A stretch of 13,494 nucleotides of DNA from Candidatus Micrarchaeia archaeon (lineage in GTDB: Archaea; Micrarchaeota; Micrarchaeia; Micrarchaeales; CABMGC01). Positions 1 through 8,646 of the stretch are shown here, piece after piece. The position numbers and the translations under genes were made by a program. The stretch is taken from contig JBMFHL010000017.1 in assembly GCA_049976845.1 (NCBI GenBank), positions 1 through 13,494 on the forward strand, read 5' to 3'. Position 1 is the first letter of the stretch; each line of letters starts with the position of its first letter. The notes beneath the pieces are model-generated. The model was not told where the DNA came from and did not search any database. It saw nothing but the letters and a program-made list of their open reading frames with translations.

Positions 1-1
1 C

Positions 2-1993
2 CTGCCTCTCACTTAATCCCATCCTCTCCAAAAATCTGCGATATTCCTCATAGGTATTAGGTAGTATCCTTTGTGCTGGCGAATTCTTGAAGTTTGCAAG
101 ATTCCCCTCTATCAAATCTCCGTTAAGTAGCAGCACGGGAGTCCTGTTGCTCTCAAGCTTCTGAAAATATTCTATGCCAAGCTCAACTGATTTGTCAAGT
201 AAATCTACTTCTGCCCAGCCCCCCCAATGGACATCGCTGATTGCGACAACCCCAAGCCTCTTCACATTGTTCGGTATGCTCTCCGTAGCATAAGGTATAA
301 GCTGTAGTATCTGCTTGGCAGAAAGCCTTTTAACCTCATAATCCTTAAGCTCTGATGGAAGCTTTTGGTTTAATATAATTCTTTCAAGTTTTTTGTCCTT
401 TACCTCCTCTTCAACTTCTTTAAGTTCGGCCTCTTTGCTGCCATTCCCATTCTTATACTCGCTTCCTGACTTTTTCATACGAATGAGCTTCTTTGCTAAC
501 TTTAGCTCCTTTATATCCGCTTCAACACACTTTATTTTCAAGAATTCGCTGGTAAGTGAGGTGTGTGCAACATTTCCATCTGGAAAAACATCCACTATGC
601 TTGCGCTTGAATCTATAGGCAGCTTTTCAGCAATCTTGGTAGTTCTTGTAACAATTTTACTGTTGAGCAACTCGCTAAACATCTTCCTGTCAGCGAAAGG
701 CCCTTTTGCGAGTGATACCAACAAATTCTCATTGTTTAAATCAAATGTTGGTTCTATTGCAAATGAGGTGAAGGCATGGCCACCGCTAATAAGCATGGTT
801 ATAGGCTTCTTGAGCACATTATTTTCCCCTGATGTTTCAATATAATTATAGAAGTTTTCAACAACCGCACTGTTGCTTTTCTTAAGATATGACCTAGTGC
901 TCGCCCCAACGCTTGTTTCGCCTTTCAAAGCCAAATTAAATTCGAATCCATTGAGCTTTTTATGGATAAAAGTAGTGTCCTCCTTGAGTATAGTGAGGTT
1001 GTGCTTTCTTCCAACGTCCTTTATATATGAATAGTATTCTATCTTTACAAGTTTGTCTATAATCTTTTCTATATCAGGTTTGGTCCTAACATTATGTGTA
1101 AACATCTCTATCTGCGCTGAGCCGCTTTTGGCCATCTTCGCCAATTCCTGATTGCCAAGTTCTACAAGCCTCTTCTTTGCGGCTCTAACAAGGTTTGCCA
1201 AGGCCTTTGCCTCCCTCGCCAATTTCTCATACTCCTCCTCGTTCCCCTTGAAATTCTTGAACTGTCTATTTTTTTCATTCAGTTCTCCGGTAAGTTCCTT
1301 TATAAGCTTATTCAGCTTTTTTGAGTCAAGCCTTTGGACCGATGCGTCGATTAGCTGCTTAAAGAGTTTTGCAGCCTCCTTCAATTCAGCATACTCCTCT
1401 TTATTCTCTGCTATTTTTATCTCAGTATTCCTATATTCTTCCTGCAGTTTTAAATCATCTCTATTACTTTCAATCTGCTTCTTCAATGCGTCGCGCGAGC
1501 TCTCCGACTCTTTTATAATCGCTTTTGTGCCCTTAATACTCATATTTATCCTATTAAGTTCATCCTGTAGCCATCTCTGCTTATGTGCATAGGCAATCTT
1601 CAGATCTTTGGCTATTGCAATTATATTCTGTGCATCAGCCATTCCCGTGACATATATTACTTCTGCATGGTCGCCAAACGAGTTAAAAAGCCTCTCAAAA
1701 TGGGGCTTTATTACAGCAGACGCAGAGCTCATGTAGTTTATGCCTTCAGTTATCGATTTAAGCTGATCCTCATGCTCGTATTGTGGCATCCAGGGTATCA
1801 ATCCTGATATACCGCCTAGTATAACAACCATGTTTGGCTTCTGCACATCAGCCCCCTTGAAGTACTCCGCAAGTCCGACAAAATTGTCTTTGCTGAAAGC
1901 TGGCGTGCCCCCAAAAATGTCTGATATAACAAGAATTCTATATGAATTTATGCCCTTGCTTTCCTTCCTATAGCGTTCAGGCTCTTCCGCTAT
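2..1993 (-). CDS. Large tandem metallophosphoesterase (calcineurin-like) / coiled-coil protein, 3'-partial (runs off the window edge)
   Basis: Manual translation gives 664 stop-free codons from 1993 to 2 (IAEEPERYRKESKGINSYRILVISDIFGG...). Degenerate MPE motifs ILVISDIFGG, VVILGG, VIYVTGMAD and MLISGGH; K/E-rich heptad-like segment at about 1575-1140; second MPE domain with intact VVAISDVHWG (D at 235) and LLLNGDLIEG (D at 118). Start uncertain: ATA 1993, GTG 1846 or ATG 1831. Confidence 0.85.
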   Translation of the reverse strand, partial: MAEEPERYRKESKGINSYRILVISDIFGGTPAFSKDNFVGLAEYFKGADVQKPNMVVILGGISGLIPWMPQYEHEDQLKSITEGINYMSSASAVIKPHFERLFNSFGDHAEVIYVTGMADAQNIIAIAKDLKIAYAHKQRWLQDELNRINMSIKGTKAIIKESESSRDALKKQIESNRDDLKLQEEYRNTEIKIAENKEEYAELKEAAKLFKQLIDASVQRLDSKKLNKLIKELTGELNEKNRQFKNFKGNEEEYEKLAREAKALANLVRAAKKRLVELGNQELAKMAKSGSAQIEMFTHNVRTKPDIEKIIDKLVKIEYYSYIKDVGRKHNLTILKEDTTFIHKKLNGFEFNLALKGETSVGASTRSYLKKSNSAVVENFYNYIETSGENNVLKKPITMLISGGHAFTSFAIEPTFDLNNENLLVSLAKGPFADRKMFSELLNSKIVTRTTKIAEKLPIDSSASIVDVFPDGNVAHTSLTSEFLKIKCVEADIKELKLAKKLIRMKKSGSEYKNGNGSKEAELKEVEEEVKDKKLERIILNQKLPSELKDYEVKRLSAKQILQLIPYATESIPNNVKRLGVVAISDVHWGGWAEVDLLDKSVELGIEYFQKLESNRTPVLLLNGDLIEGNLANFKNSPAQRILPNTYEEYRRFLERMGLSERQ

Positions 1994-1998
1994 TTAAT

Positions 1999-2036
1999 CC
2001 CCCTAATTATTCATATCAATTGAAAACGTATAAAAA
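1999..2036 (-). promoter_or_regulatory. Putative TATA box and Shine-Dalgarno for the large ORF
   Basis: Minus-strand TTTTTATA at 2036-2029 and AGGGGG at 2004-1999, 5 nt before ATA at 1993. Confidence 0.45.
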
Positions 2037-2176
2037 GGTATTAATGCTTACTATTTATTTGATTTTATTGAGTTTTACAAAACTATCTAATTATAACCAA
2101 AACTACCTCTTTTCACTGTAGCAAAGGCTGAGTGACAAAAGGGATGATTTTTATTTATTTTTTTCTTAAGAAAAGT

Positions 2177-3142
2177 ATGCAAAACAAGCAACTGTTACTA
2201 ATTTTTTCAATAATAGTACTTGCATTGCTGATCTTCGCCTTGCTTGGGGCTAATACCGCAAGCACCAAAATGCACTTGAATTTTACCATAGGCGTCTGTA
2301 CACACGGGAATGAAAGCTCGGAGCTATACGCAATTTCCCATGGTATAAAGTATTTCAGGACAGACATATATGCAAATCCCTCACAGGAAAACCTCCTTAA
2401 TTATGAGCACAGCAAGGGCGCAGAGTATCTAGGCATATTGGATTATAACACTCTTCCAGACGGCATGAGCAATAAGAATTGGAACTTAAGCACCTGGAAT
2501 AATAGCGTCGCTAACGCAGTAAAAGCGTACCCATGGATAAATACCTGGGAAATATGGAACGAGCCATATATAAGCAATTTTCAGGCAGGCTATATGAATG
2601 GAAGCGCATATAATTACTTCGAGGTCATAAAGGGTGCCTATGAAGCGATAAAAGCAGTGGAGCCCAATGCAACTGTGGTGTGCTTCGGAGGGGCGCCAAT
2701 GTTTAGCTACCAGGTATACCAATGGTACTCCCAAGTATGGTCTTATGGCGCTTCAAGCTACTGCGATGCAATATCAATGCATGCATATCCCTCTAGTGCT
2801 AGCTTCAGCCAATATAAAGCATTGTGGTCATCGAGCCTTTCTGCTTATGAATCACTGACAGGCAAGCCAATATACATAACAGAAGTTGGCATGCCCGCGT
2901 CTTCTAACCTAAGCAGCAGCTACACGCAAGGGCTGCAAAATACTTTCATGGAGCAAGCATTCTCTTTTTTCAGCAATTATAGCTATGTAAAGCGTGTGTA
3001 CTGGTATGACTTATGGGGCCTTTCAGATGGAAGATACGGGAACAATTTTGGACTGCTGAATCTTTCAAATCCGAACGGCAAGCCAAACCTCGCATGGTTT
3101 ACATTCCTGAATCTATACAACAATAGCTCTTCTGTGCAATAA
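2177..3142 (+). CDS. Secreted or membrane-anchored clan GH-A glycoside hydrolase (GH5/GH39-like TIM barrel)
   Basis: N-terminal hydrophobic helix (LLLIFSIIVLALLIFALLGA); acid/base motif WEIWNEP; DAISMHAY; nucleophile motif PIYITEVG; VYWYDL and NFGLL. ATG 2177 preferred over GTG 2132 because a T/A box at about 2148-2155 lies ~25 nt upstream. Confidence 0.85.
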   Translation: MQNKQLLLIFSIIVLALLIFALLGANTASTKMHLNFTIGVCTHGNESSELYAISHGIKYFRTDIYANPSQENLLNYEHSKGAEYLGILDYNTLPDGMSNKNWNLSTWNNSVANAVKAYPWINTWEIWNEPYISNFQAGYMNGSAYNYFEVIKGAYEAIKAVEPNATVVCFGGAPMFSYQVYQWYSQVWSYGASSYCDAISMHAYPSSASFSQYKALWSSSLSAYESLTGKPIYITEVGMPASSNLSSSYTQGLQNTFMEQAFSFFSNYSYVKRVYWYDLWGLSDGRYGNNFGLLNLSNPNGKPNLAWFTFLNLYNNSSSVQ

Positions 3143-3154
3143 ATAAAGAATAGA

Positions 3155-4105
3155 TCAGGTTAAGCCTATGTAACTCCTGGCAATTACTCCTATAACTGTA
3201 GTCACAATCACCGCGCCTATTGAAATAGCGACCATCTCGAGTATCCTCTTCTTTATACTAGTGCCCCCTATTACGGCTATTATGGCAGATGCTATAGAAA
3301 GCGCAATAATGGTAAGCAATGCAGCTAGGGCTATGCCTATGAATCCGCTCATGCCTAAGGCAAATGGCATTATTGGAACAAGTGCACCAATGAAGTAATA
3401 GCTACCAGTATAGTACGCACTAGCCTTCGGTTCCCGGTTTGCCTTGTTGCCTTTCAAAGCATTTCCCACAATCTTCTCTGATTTTGAGGATAAGTATGCG
3501 CCTCCTGTCATAGACAATGTGCCCGATATTGCAATTATTATTCCGCTTATGACAACAACAAGCGGGGTATGCACGAAAGCAGCCAATCCCGCAATTGCAG
3601 CGAGCACCTCTACCAAGCCATCATTCAACCCAAAAACTATCGATTCTATATAGCCTAGCCCTTTCGAGCGCAGTTGCAGTTCATTCTGCAGCTTCACTTC
3701 ATGTTCTCTCTCGTCCTTAATTATTCTTTCTAAGTACTTCTTGTTCTTTGCGTAGAAGCTGCGGTTATGCACTGCAGACATATATATGCTAAGCCCTGCC
3801 TCTTCATTTCTCTCGAGCAGCTTGATCATGAAAGTAATCCCAAAGAGCCTCCTTGCAATCAAAAAGAGAACGACCTTCAAACCCATGGGCCTTTGTCGCT
3901 GGGGTGCCTGCCCGTCTTTTTCAATAAGCTTGTTCCAAATCTCCTTGTGCCCCCTTTCAGTTGTAGCAAGACCACTCAGCAATCTTTTGATTTTTTGGTC
4001 TTTTATTGAAGAAGCAAGTTTAGAATAAACAGTGTAATCAACAAGTTCATTTCTGAAGAAAAATCCTTCCAATTTTAATCTCTGCAGTTTTGCACTCGAT
4101 TCCAT
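3155..4105 (-). CDS. Rubrerythrin/ferritin-like domain fused to VIT1/CCC1 transporter (MbfA-like iron exporter)
   Basis: N-terminal di-iron-type motifs (NELVD, TERGH, NEEAG, DEREH) followed by the VIT1 signature IVFGLNDGLVE, GTLSMTGGAYLS and about 5 hydrophobic helices. Confidence 0.88.
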   Translation of the reverse strand: MESSAKLQRLKLEGFFFRNELVDYTVYSKLASSIKDQKIKRLLSGLATTERGHKEIWNKLIEKDGQAPQRQRPMGLKVVLFLIARRLFGITFMIKLLERNEEAGLSIYMSAVHNRSFYAKNKKYLERIIKDEREHEVKLQNELQLRSKGLGYIESIVFGLNDGLVEVLAAIAGLAAFVHTPLVVVISGIIIAISGTLSMTGGAYLSSKSEKIVGNALKGNKANREPKASAYYTGSYYFIGALVPIMPFALGMSGFIGIALAALLTIIALSIASAIIAVIGGTSIKKRILEMVAISIGAVIVTTVIGVIARSYIGLT

Positions 4106-4120
4106 AAAAATGCAACTATA

Positions 4121-4993
4121 TTATGCAACGTTCTCTTGGAGTGCCTTAAGTATATCCTCTTTGCTTGGGTACTGCTGCTTAACTATGGCTCCTATTTTCT
4201 CAGCAACATCGAGCTCTTCATAAGTGCTCTCCTTCTTTTCGTAGAAAAGGCCTATTGGAAACTTATCTGGATTTCTATCAAATTCGAATGACTTGTCAAT
4301 TGCCTTGGCAATGTCATTGGCATCATGTCCTGCATCTTCAAGCTTGTAAACTCTTTTCCTGAACCAATCATAAGTATTAAGATTGTTGAAGCTCACGCAT
4401 GGGCTCTGCACATCTATCAGTGCGAAGCCTTTGTGCTTTATGCCGTTCTCTATAAGCCTTGTCAAGTGCACAGGGTCTCCGGAGAAGCCTCTTGCAACGT
4501 ATGTTGCGCCAGCTGCAAGTGCAATGGCTATTGGATTGACGGGGTTCTCGATAACGCCACTTGGGCTTGTCTTGGTCTTATGCCCGAGCATGCTCGTAGG
4601 CGAAGCCTGCCCCGTAGTAAGGCCGTAAATCTCATTGTTCATGACAATATAGGTTATGTCAATGTTGCGTCTTATTGCATGTATGAAGTGGCCCATGCCT
4701 ATGCCATATCCATCTCCATCGCCTCCAGCTCCAACAACAGTAAGGTCTTTATTGGCAAGCTTTACGCCTTCTGCAATTGGCAATAATCTTCCATGTATAC
4801 CATGTACGCCATATACTTTCAAGTCATGTGGCAACGATGAGCTGCAGCCTATGCCTGAAACTAGCACAGTATTATCGGGATCCAATTGCAAATCTGCAAA
4901 TGCCTTTGTGAGCGCGGCTAACACTGCGTAATCCCCGCATCCAGGGCAATAAATCGGCTTTATTTCAGACCTATAATCTTGCTGAGTCAGCAT
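4121..4993 (-). CDS. korB: 2-oxoacid:ferredoxin oxidoreductase beta subunit (TPP/4Fe-4S binding)
   Basis: YCPGCGD, SGIGCSS, HGIHGR, TPP motif GGDGDG...MNNEIYGLTTGQ, QSPCV. Start directly follows the alpha-subunit stop (TAA ATG). Substrate cannot be determined from sequence. Confidence 0.93.
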   Translation of the reverse strand: MLTQQDYRSEIKPIYCPGCGDYAVLAALTKAFADLQLDPDNTVLVSGIGCSSSLPHDLKVYGVHGIHGRLLPIAEGVKLANKDLTVVGAGGDGDGYGIGMGHFIHAIRRNIDITYIVMNNEIYGLTTGQASPTSMLGHKTKTSPSGVIENPVNPIAIALAAGATYVARGFSGDPVHLTRLIENGIKHKGFALIDVQSPCVSFNNLNTYDWFRKRVYKLEDAGHDANDIAKAIDKSFEFDRNPDKFPIGLFYEKKESTYEELDVAEKIGAIVKQQYPSKEDILKALQENVA

Positions 4994-6718
4994 TTAAACA
5001 CCCTTTAAAAATCTTTCAACTCCATCCGCAATCTCTTTGCTTGTTATTGCCTCGCCATCATATTTCAGTATCTTTGTGTCTATTCCAATGCCTGTATTCA
5101 TGGCAATAAGCTTCGCCAGCTGCCCTGTCGAATTGCACTCTACATCAATAAGTCTCTTGCCTTCAAGCAGCTTTTTGACAGCAGCATTATCCATCGGGTG
5201 CAGATATGCGAAAGAGACAAGCCCGGCATTAATGCCTCTCCCTTTTAATATGTCAAGCGCTTCAATCGCACTCTCCGCGGTAGATCCAAATGTAATTACA
5301 AATACATCAGCACTCTGATTTATTATTTCTGGCAGCTTGATCGCGCCATCTTTAATCATAGTGTCAAGCTTCCTCATCCTTTTGTCATGCATCTTTTTTC
5401 TCATCTCAGCATATTCAGGCATCCCTACAAGCACATCACTTATCAAATTGCCATACTCGTCATGTTCATCGCTCGCAGCAACAAAGGAAAGGCCCTTAGT
5501 GCCTGGTATAGATCTTGGCGATACGCCAGTATCTGTGATTTCATATCTTTTGAATCCACCTTTGGCAGAATCTAAAATGTTGCCCCTGTCAATTGTTATT
5601 CTGTTTGCGTCTAAACTGCAAGTCTCTATGTGTTCCGACATAAAAAGGTCCAGCAGCAATATTACTGGGCATTGGTATTTCTCTGCTAGGTTAAAAGCTT
5701 CAGAAGCGAGGTAAAAGCATTCTTCAATGCTCCTCGGTGCAATAACAATCCTTGGAAACTCTCCTTGCGATGCGTGCATAACAAACAGCAAATCTCCCTG
5801 TTCTGTTTTTGTTGGCAATCCTGTGCTTGGCCCGCTCCTCTGTGATTCCACTACAACTATTGGTGCTTCTATCATGCCAGCGAGCCCTAATCCTTCTACC
5901 ATTAGCGAAAAGCCTCCCCCGCTTGTGCCGCACATTGCTCTTGCTCCTGCGCTTGCCGCTCCTATAACCATGTTTATGGCAGCGATTTCATCTTCAGTCT
6001 GTTTGAAGAAAACACCTAGCTGTTCGTGGGCGGCAAACCATTCCATAATGCCGCTGGCAGGCGTCATTGGGTACGCTGCATAGAATTTGCATCCTGCAGC
6101 GTATGCACCCAATGCAATAGCAGTGTTGCCATTTAATATATAATATGTTCTGCTTGATTTGGGCTTCTGCAATGCAATAGACTCGTTAAGGGAACCGTAA
6201 CCAAGCTCAATCGCTTTTGAATTGCTTTCAGCTGCACCGGGCTTGTTCTCAAACCTTTCCAAAATAACAGACTTGGCCAATTCTTTGTCAATGCCAGTTA
6301 TCTTGCTTGCTATCCCTATTGCAACGCTGTTTCTGAATATGGAGCCGCCAGCGTTTATCGCGAGTTCAGTTAATGGAATTGGAATTGCCTTTATGTCAGT
6401 CCTAATATTTGTAAGCTTTAAATTTGAATCGTAAACAAGAATTCCATTGCTCTTCACCAGCTGCATGCTCTCTTCAACAGCGTCATTTGTAAATGCAATG
6501 AGCAAATCTATGTCGTTGCCGTAGCTGTATATTTTTTCATCTGAAAATCTAACCTGGTACCAGACTACTCCCCCTTTTATGACTGACTGGTAGCCCCTGA
6601 ATCCAAAGACATTGTATCCAGACTTTGTAAATATCTTTGCCATGAGGAGTCCTGCAGAGTCTATGCCGTCGCCATTTGCCCCTCCTATCCTTATTGTAAT
6701 GCTCTCCACAAGAATCAC
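4994..6718 (-). CDS. korA: 2-oxoacid:ferredoxin oxidoreductase alpha subunit (fused gamma-alpha type)
   Basis: N-terminal gamma-like domain (IGGANGDG, YQSVIKGG); GNTAIALGA, YPMTPA, QTEDEIAA, TSGGGFSLMVE, QRSGPSTGLPTKTEQGD, VECNSTGQLA. Confidence 0.93.
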   Translation of the reverse strand: MILVESITIRIGGANGDGIDSAGLLMAKIFTKSGYNVFGFRGYQSVIKGGVVWYQVRFSDEKIYSYGNDIDLLIAFTNDAVEESMQLVKSNGILVYDSNLKLTNIRTDIKAIPIPLTELAINAGGSIFRNSVAIGIASKITGIDKELAKSVILERFENKPGAAESNSKAIELGYGSLNESIALQKPKSSRTYYILNGNTAIALGAYAAGCKFYAAYPMTPASGIMEWFAAHEQLGVFFKQTEDEIAAINMVIGAASAGARAMCGTSGGGFSLMVEGLGLAGMIEAPIVVVESQRSGPSTGLPTKTEQGDLLFVMHASQGEFPRIVIAPRSIEECFYLASEAFNLAEKYQCPVILLLDLFMSEHIETCSLDANRITIDRGNILDSAKGGFKRYEITDTGVSPRSIPGTKGLSFVAASDEHDEYGNLISDVLVGMPEYAEMRKKMHDKRMRKLDTMIKDGAIKLPEIINQSADVFVITFGSTAESAIEALDILKGRGINAGLVSFAYLHPMDNAAVKKLLEGKRLIDVECNSTGQLAKLIAMNTGIGIDTKILKYDGEAITSKEIADGVERFLKGV

Positions 6719-6724
6719 AATCTA

Positions 6725-6760
6725 ATTTGTCAAATAAAATTATTAACCCTTATGTATAAG
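6725..6760 (-). promoter_or_regulatory. Putative leaderless promoter of the oxidoreductase operon
   Basis: Minus-strand GTTAATAA at 6747-6740, ~25 nt upstream of GTG 6718; no SD visible; short palindromes on both sides. Confidence 0.4.
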
Positions 6761-6824
6761 TGCACAGGATTCAAAAGCAAAGCAGTTTATCAGAAACGAC
6801 TGGAATCAATTTGCAATGCAGCGA

Positions 6825-7634
6825 TCAGCCTTTGACTATGGTATAATCTCCTTTGTATCTGCCAAGGAGAATATCTTTGATCACGCCTTCATCCAAGGCG
6901 TTGAAAATGTACCCCTCGGCGCCCGTTTCTTTGCATATATAATATAAATTGGAGAGCTTACCCCTCATGCCACCCGTTACATCTACCCTCCCTTTCGATG
7001 AGCCCGTATTCTGCAGAATATCCATAATGTTGCCTTTGTCTACAACCTTTATCAGTCTCGCATCATCATGCTCTTTCGGGTCTCTGTCGTAAACTCCTGT
7101 AACATCTGTTGCCAAGAAAACTTTTTTTGGCATCATTTTGGAGGCAATAAATCTGAATACCTCTTCGGTAGATGCAATGCTAACGCCTTTCCTCTTATCA
7201 ATTGAAACGTCTCCATAAACTATAGGCAAGAATCCCTTCTCCATAGCAGTCTCTATCGGCGCAACAGTACCATCAATAATCTTGCCCTCTTCTGCCAGGC
7301 CAAAGCTGCTCGGAGAGAAAGGGAACGCGTCTATGCCAAGATCCAGTGCCGTGTTTATAACTATATTGTTTAGCTCCTTGGCAGATAAATATGTCAGCGC
7401 CGCTCCCTTCCTGCTATCCTTATTTATTATACCCTCATTTACACTGTACTGCTTTGCTGGTATATGTGCGAAGGATCCACTTCCATGCCCAAGAATTATG
7501 TTAAAATTGCCCTCTTTTCTAGCATTATCAACTTCCTTAAGCACTCTTCTTATTGCATCTTGCTTCGGCGTATTTGGCTTTGAAAGGTCTGTTATCATGC
7601 TTCCTCCAAATTTCAAGAGATACAAGCTATTCAT
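6825..7634 (-). CDS. ipk: Isopentenyl phosphate kinase (amino-acid-kinase family)
   Basis: LKFGGSMITD, HGSGSFAH with the IPK-specific His, PIVYGDV, TDVTGVY, DVTGGMRGKL; overlaps the mevalonate kinase stop by 8 nt. Confidence 0.92.
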   Translation of the reverse strand: MNSLYLLKFGGSMITDLSKPNTPKQDAIRRVLKEVDNARKEGNFNIILGHGSGSFAHIPAKQYSVNEGIINKDSRKGAALTYLSAKELNNIVINTALDLGIDAFPFSPSSFGLAEEGKIIDGTVAPIETAMEKGFLPIVYGDVSIDKRKGVSIASTEEVFRFIASKMMPKKVFLATDVTGVYDRDPKEHDDARLIKVVDKGNIMDILQNTGSSKGRVDVTGGMRGKLSNLYYICKETGAEGYIFNALDEGVIKDILLGRYKGDYTIVKG

Positions 7635-8646
7635 TTATTCTACCCTTTGCCCCTGAATAATCTATGCTTACTTTTTTAACATCAAATCCTAAGCTTTTAA
7701 ACCTGTCTGTGCTTCCATTGCGTTCTGCCAACAAAACAGCTATGCCCCCGCCGCCTCCACCGCTGAGTTTAGCCCCAAGAATGCCAAGTTCCTTAGCATA
7801 AGCTACTGTTGCATCAAGCTCTTCACTCGATACCCCAAGCTGTTTAAGTAGCTCTTGATTCTTGTACATAACCTCTCCAAATCCTTTTAAATCGCCCCCC
7901 TTAAGCCGTTCAAGCCCGAGCCTTGAGCATTGATCTATATTATCTAGCAGATGCTCTGTTTCCTTTCTCCTTAACCTGTAAAGCTCAGCAACATGTCCTA
8001 CCGTTTCAGCTGTACTCTTTTTTGGCCCAGTGTCAACAACATATAGATCAAAATCAACGCTAATATGCTCTGTATTTGTCCCGCTTCCTTTGCTGTAGCT
8101 TAAAATGCCCCCGTAGAACGATGTATTGACATCAATAAGCCCTGCTTCTGCATTTTTATGTATAACCCTGTCACCATCCCTTGCGACATCTATAAGCTCT
8201 TTTTCCGGCATGTTTGGCATGCATGTTTTCGCAACTGCAAGGGTAAATGCGACAGAGCATGCGGCGCTGCTTGCAAAACCTTTTTGTATTGGTATATCAG
8301 AATTCAATTCTACAGAAACACCTTCTGCAACGCATTTATACTCGCACGTCAACCTGGCCAAGATTGTTGCATACGGTAGGGCATTGCTGTTTATATCTTT
8401 ATTTAAAGAAACAAACTCTTTGAAATCTGACCCCGCTCTGTAACTTCTATACAGTCTCTCCAATCTATCTTTGCCTATCCTTTCATCTACTCCAAGGTCT
8501 GGGAGCTTAATCTCAAACCCGTTGTCGCTTGTATAATACGCGTTGGCTCTTGCATAAATACTTATTGCTGCAGCCAAAGCAAACTTTCCATAAACAACAG
8601 CATGTTCGCCGAGCAGCTTAATCACGGCCGGTGCAATAGCCTGCAT
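7627..8646 (-). CDS. mvk: Mevalonate kinase (GHMP family)
   Basis: KLLGEHAVVYG, GHMP loop IPIQKGFASSAA, DTG..KST, LGVSS..LD, GAKLSGGGGGG; adjacent to ipk. Confidence 0.9.
   Translation of the reverse strand: MQAIAPAVIKLLGEHAVVYGKFALAAAISIYARANAYYTSDNGFEIKLPDLGVDERIGKDRLERLYRSYRAGSDFKEFVSLNKDINSNALPYATILARLTCEYKCVAEGVSVELNSDIPIQKGFASSAACSVAFTLAVAKTCMPNMPEKELIDVARDGDRVIHKNAEAGLIDVNTSFYGGILSYSKGSGTNTEHISVDFDLYVVDTGPKKSTAETVGHVAELYRLRRKETEHLLDNIDQCSRLGLERLKGGDLKGFGEVMYKNQELLKQLGVSSEELDATVAYAKELGILGAKLSGGGGGGIAVLLAERNGSTDRFKSLGFDVKKVSIDYSGAKGRINE

Noticed and set aside
393..1807. Plus-strand ORFs 393-845, 1152-1592 and 1583-1807
   Set aside because: Antisense shadows of the large minus-strand ORF; the Ser/Phe/Leu richness of the first two mirrors its Lys/Glu codons.
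2132..2176. Longer GH start at GTG 2132
   Set aside because: The extension translates a T-rich promoter-like tract (MIFIYFFL); ATG 2177 gives a normal signal/anchor N-terminus.
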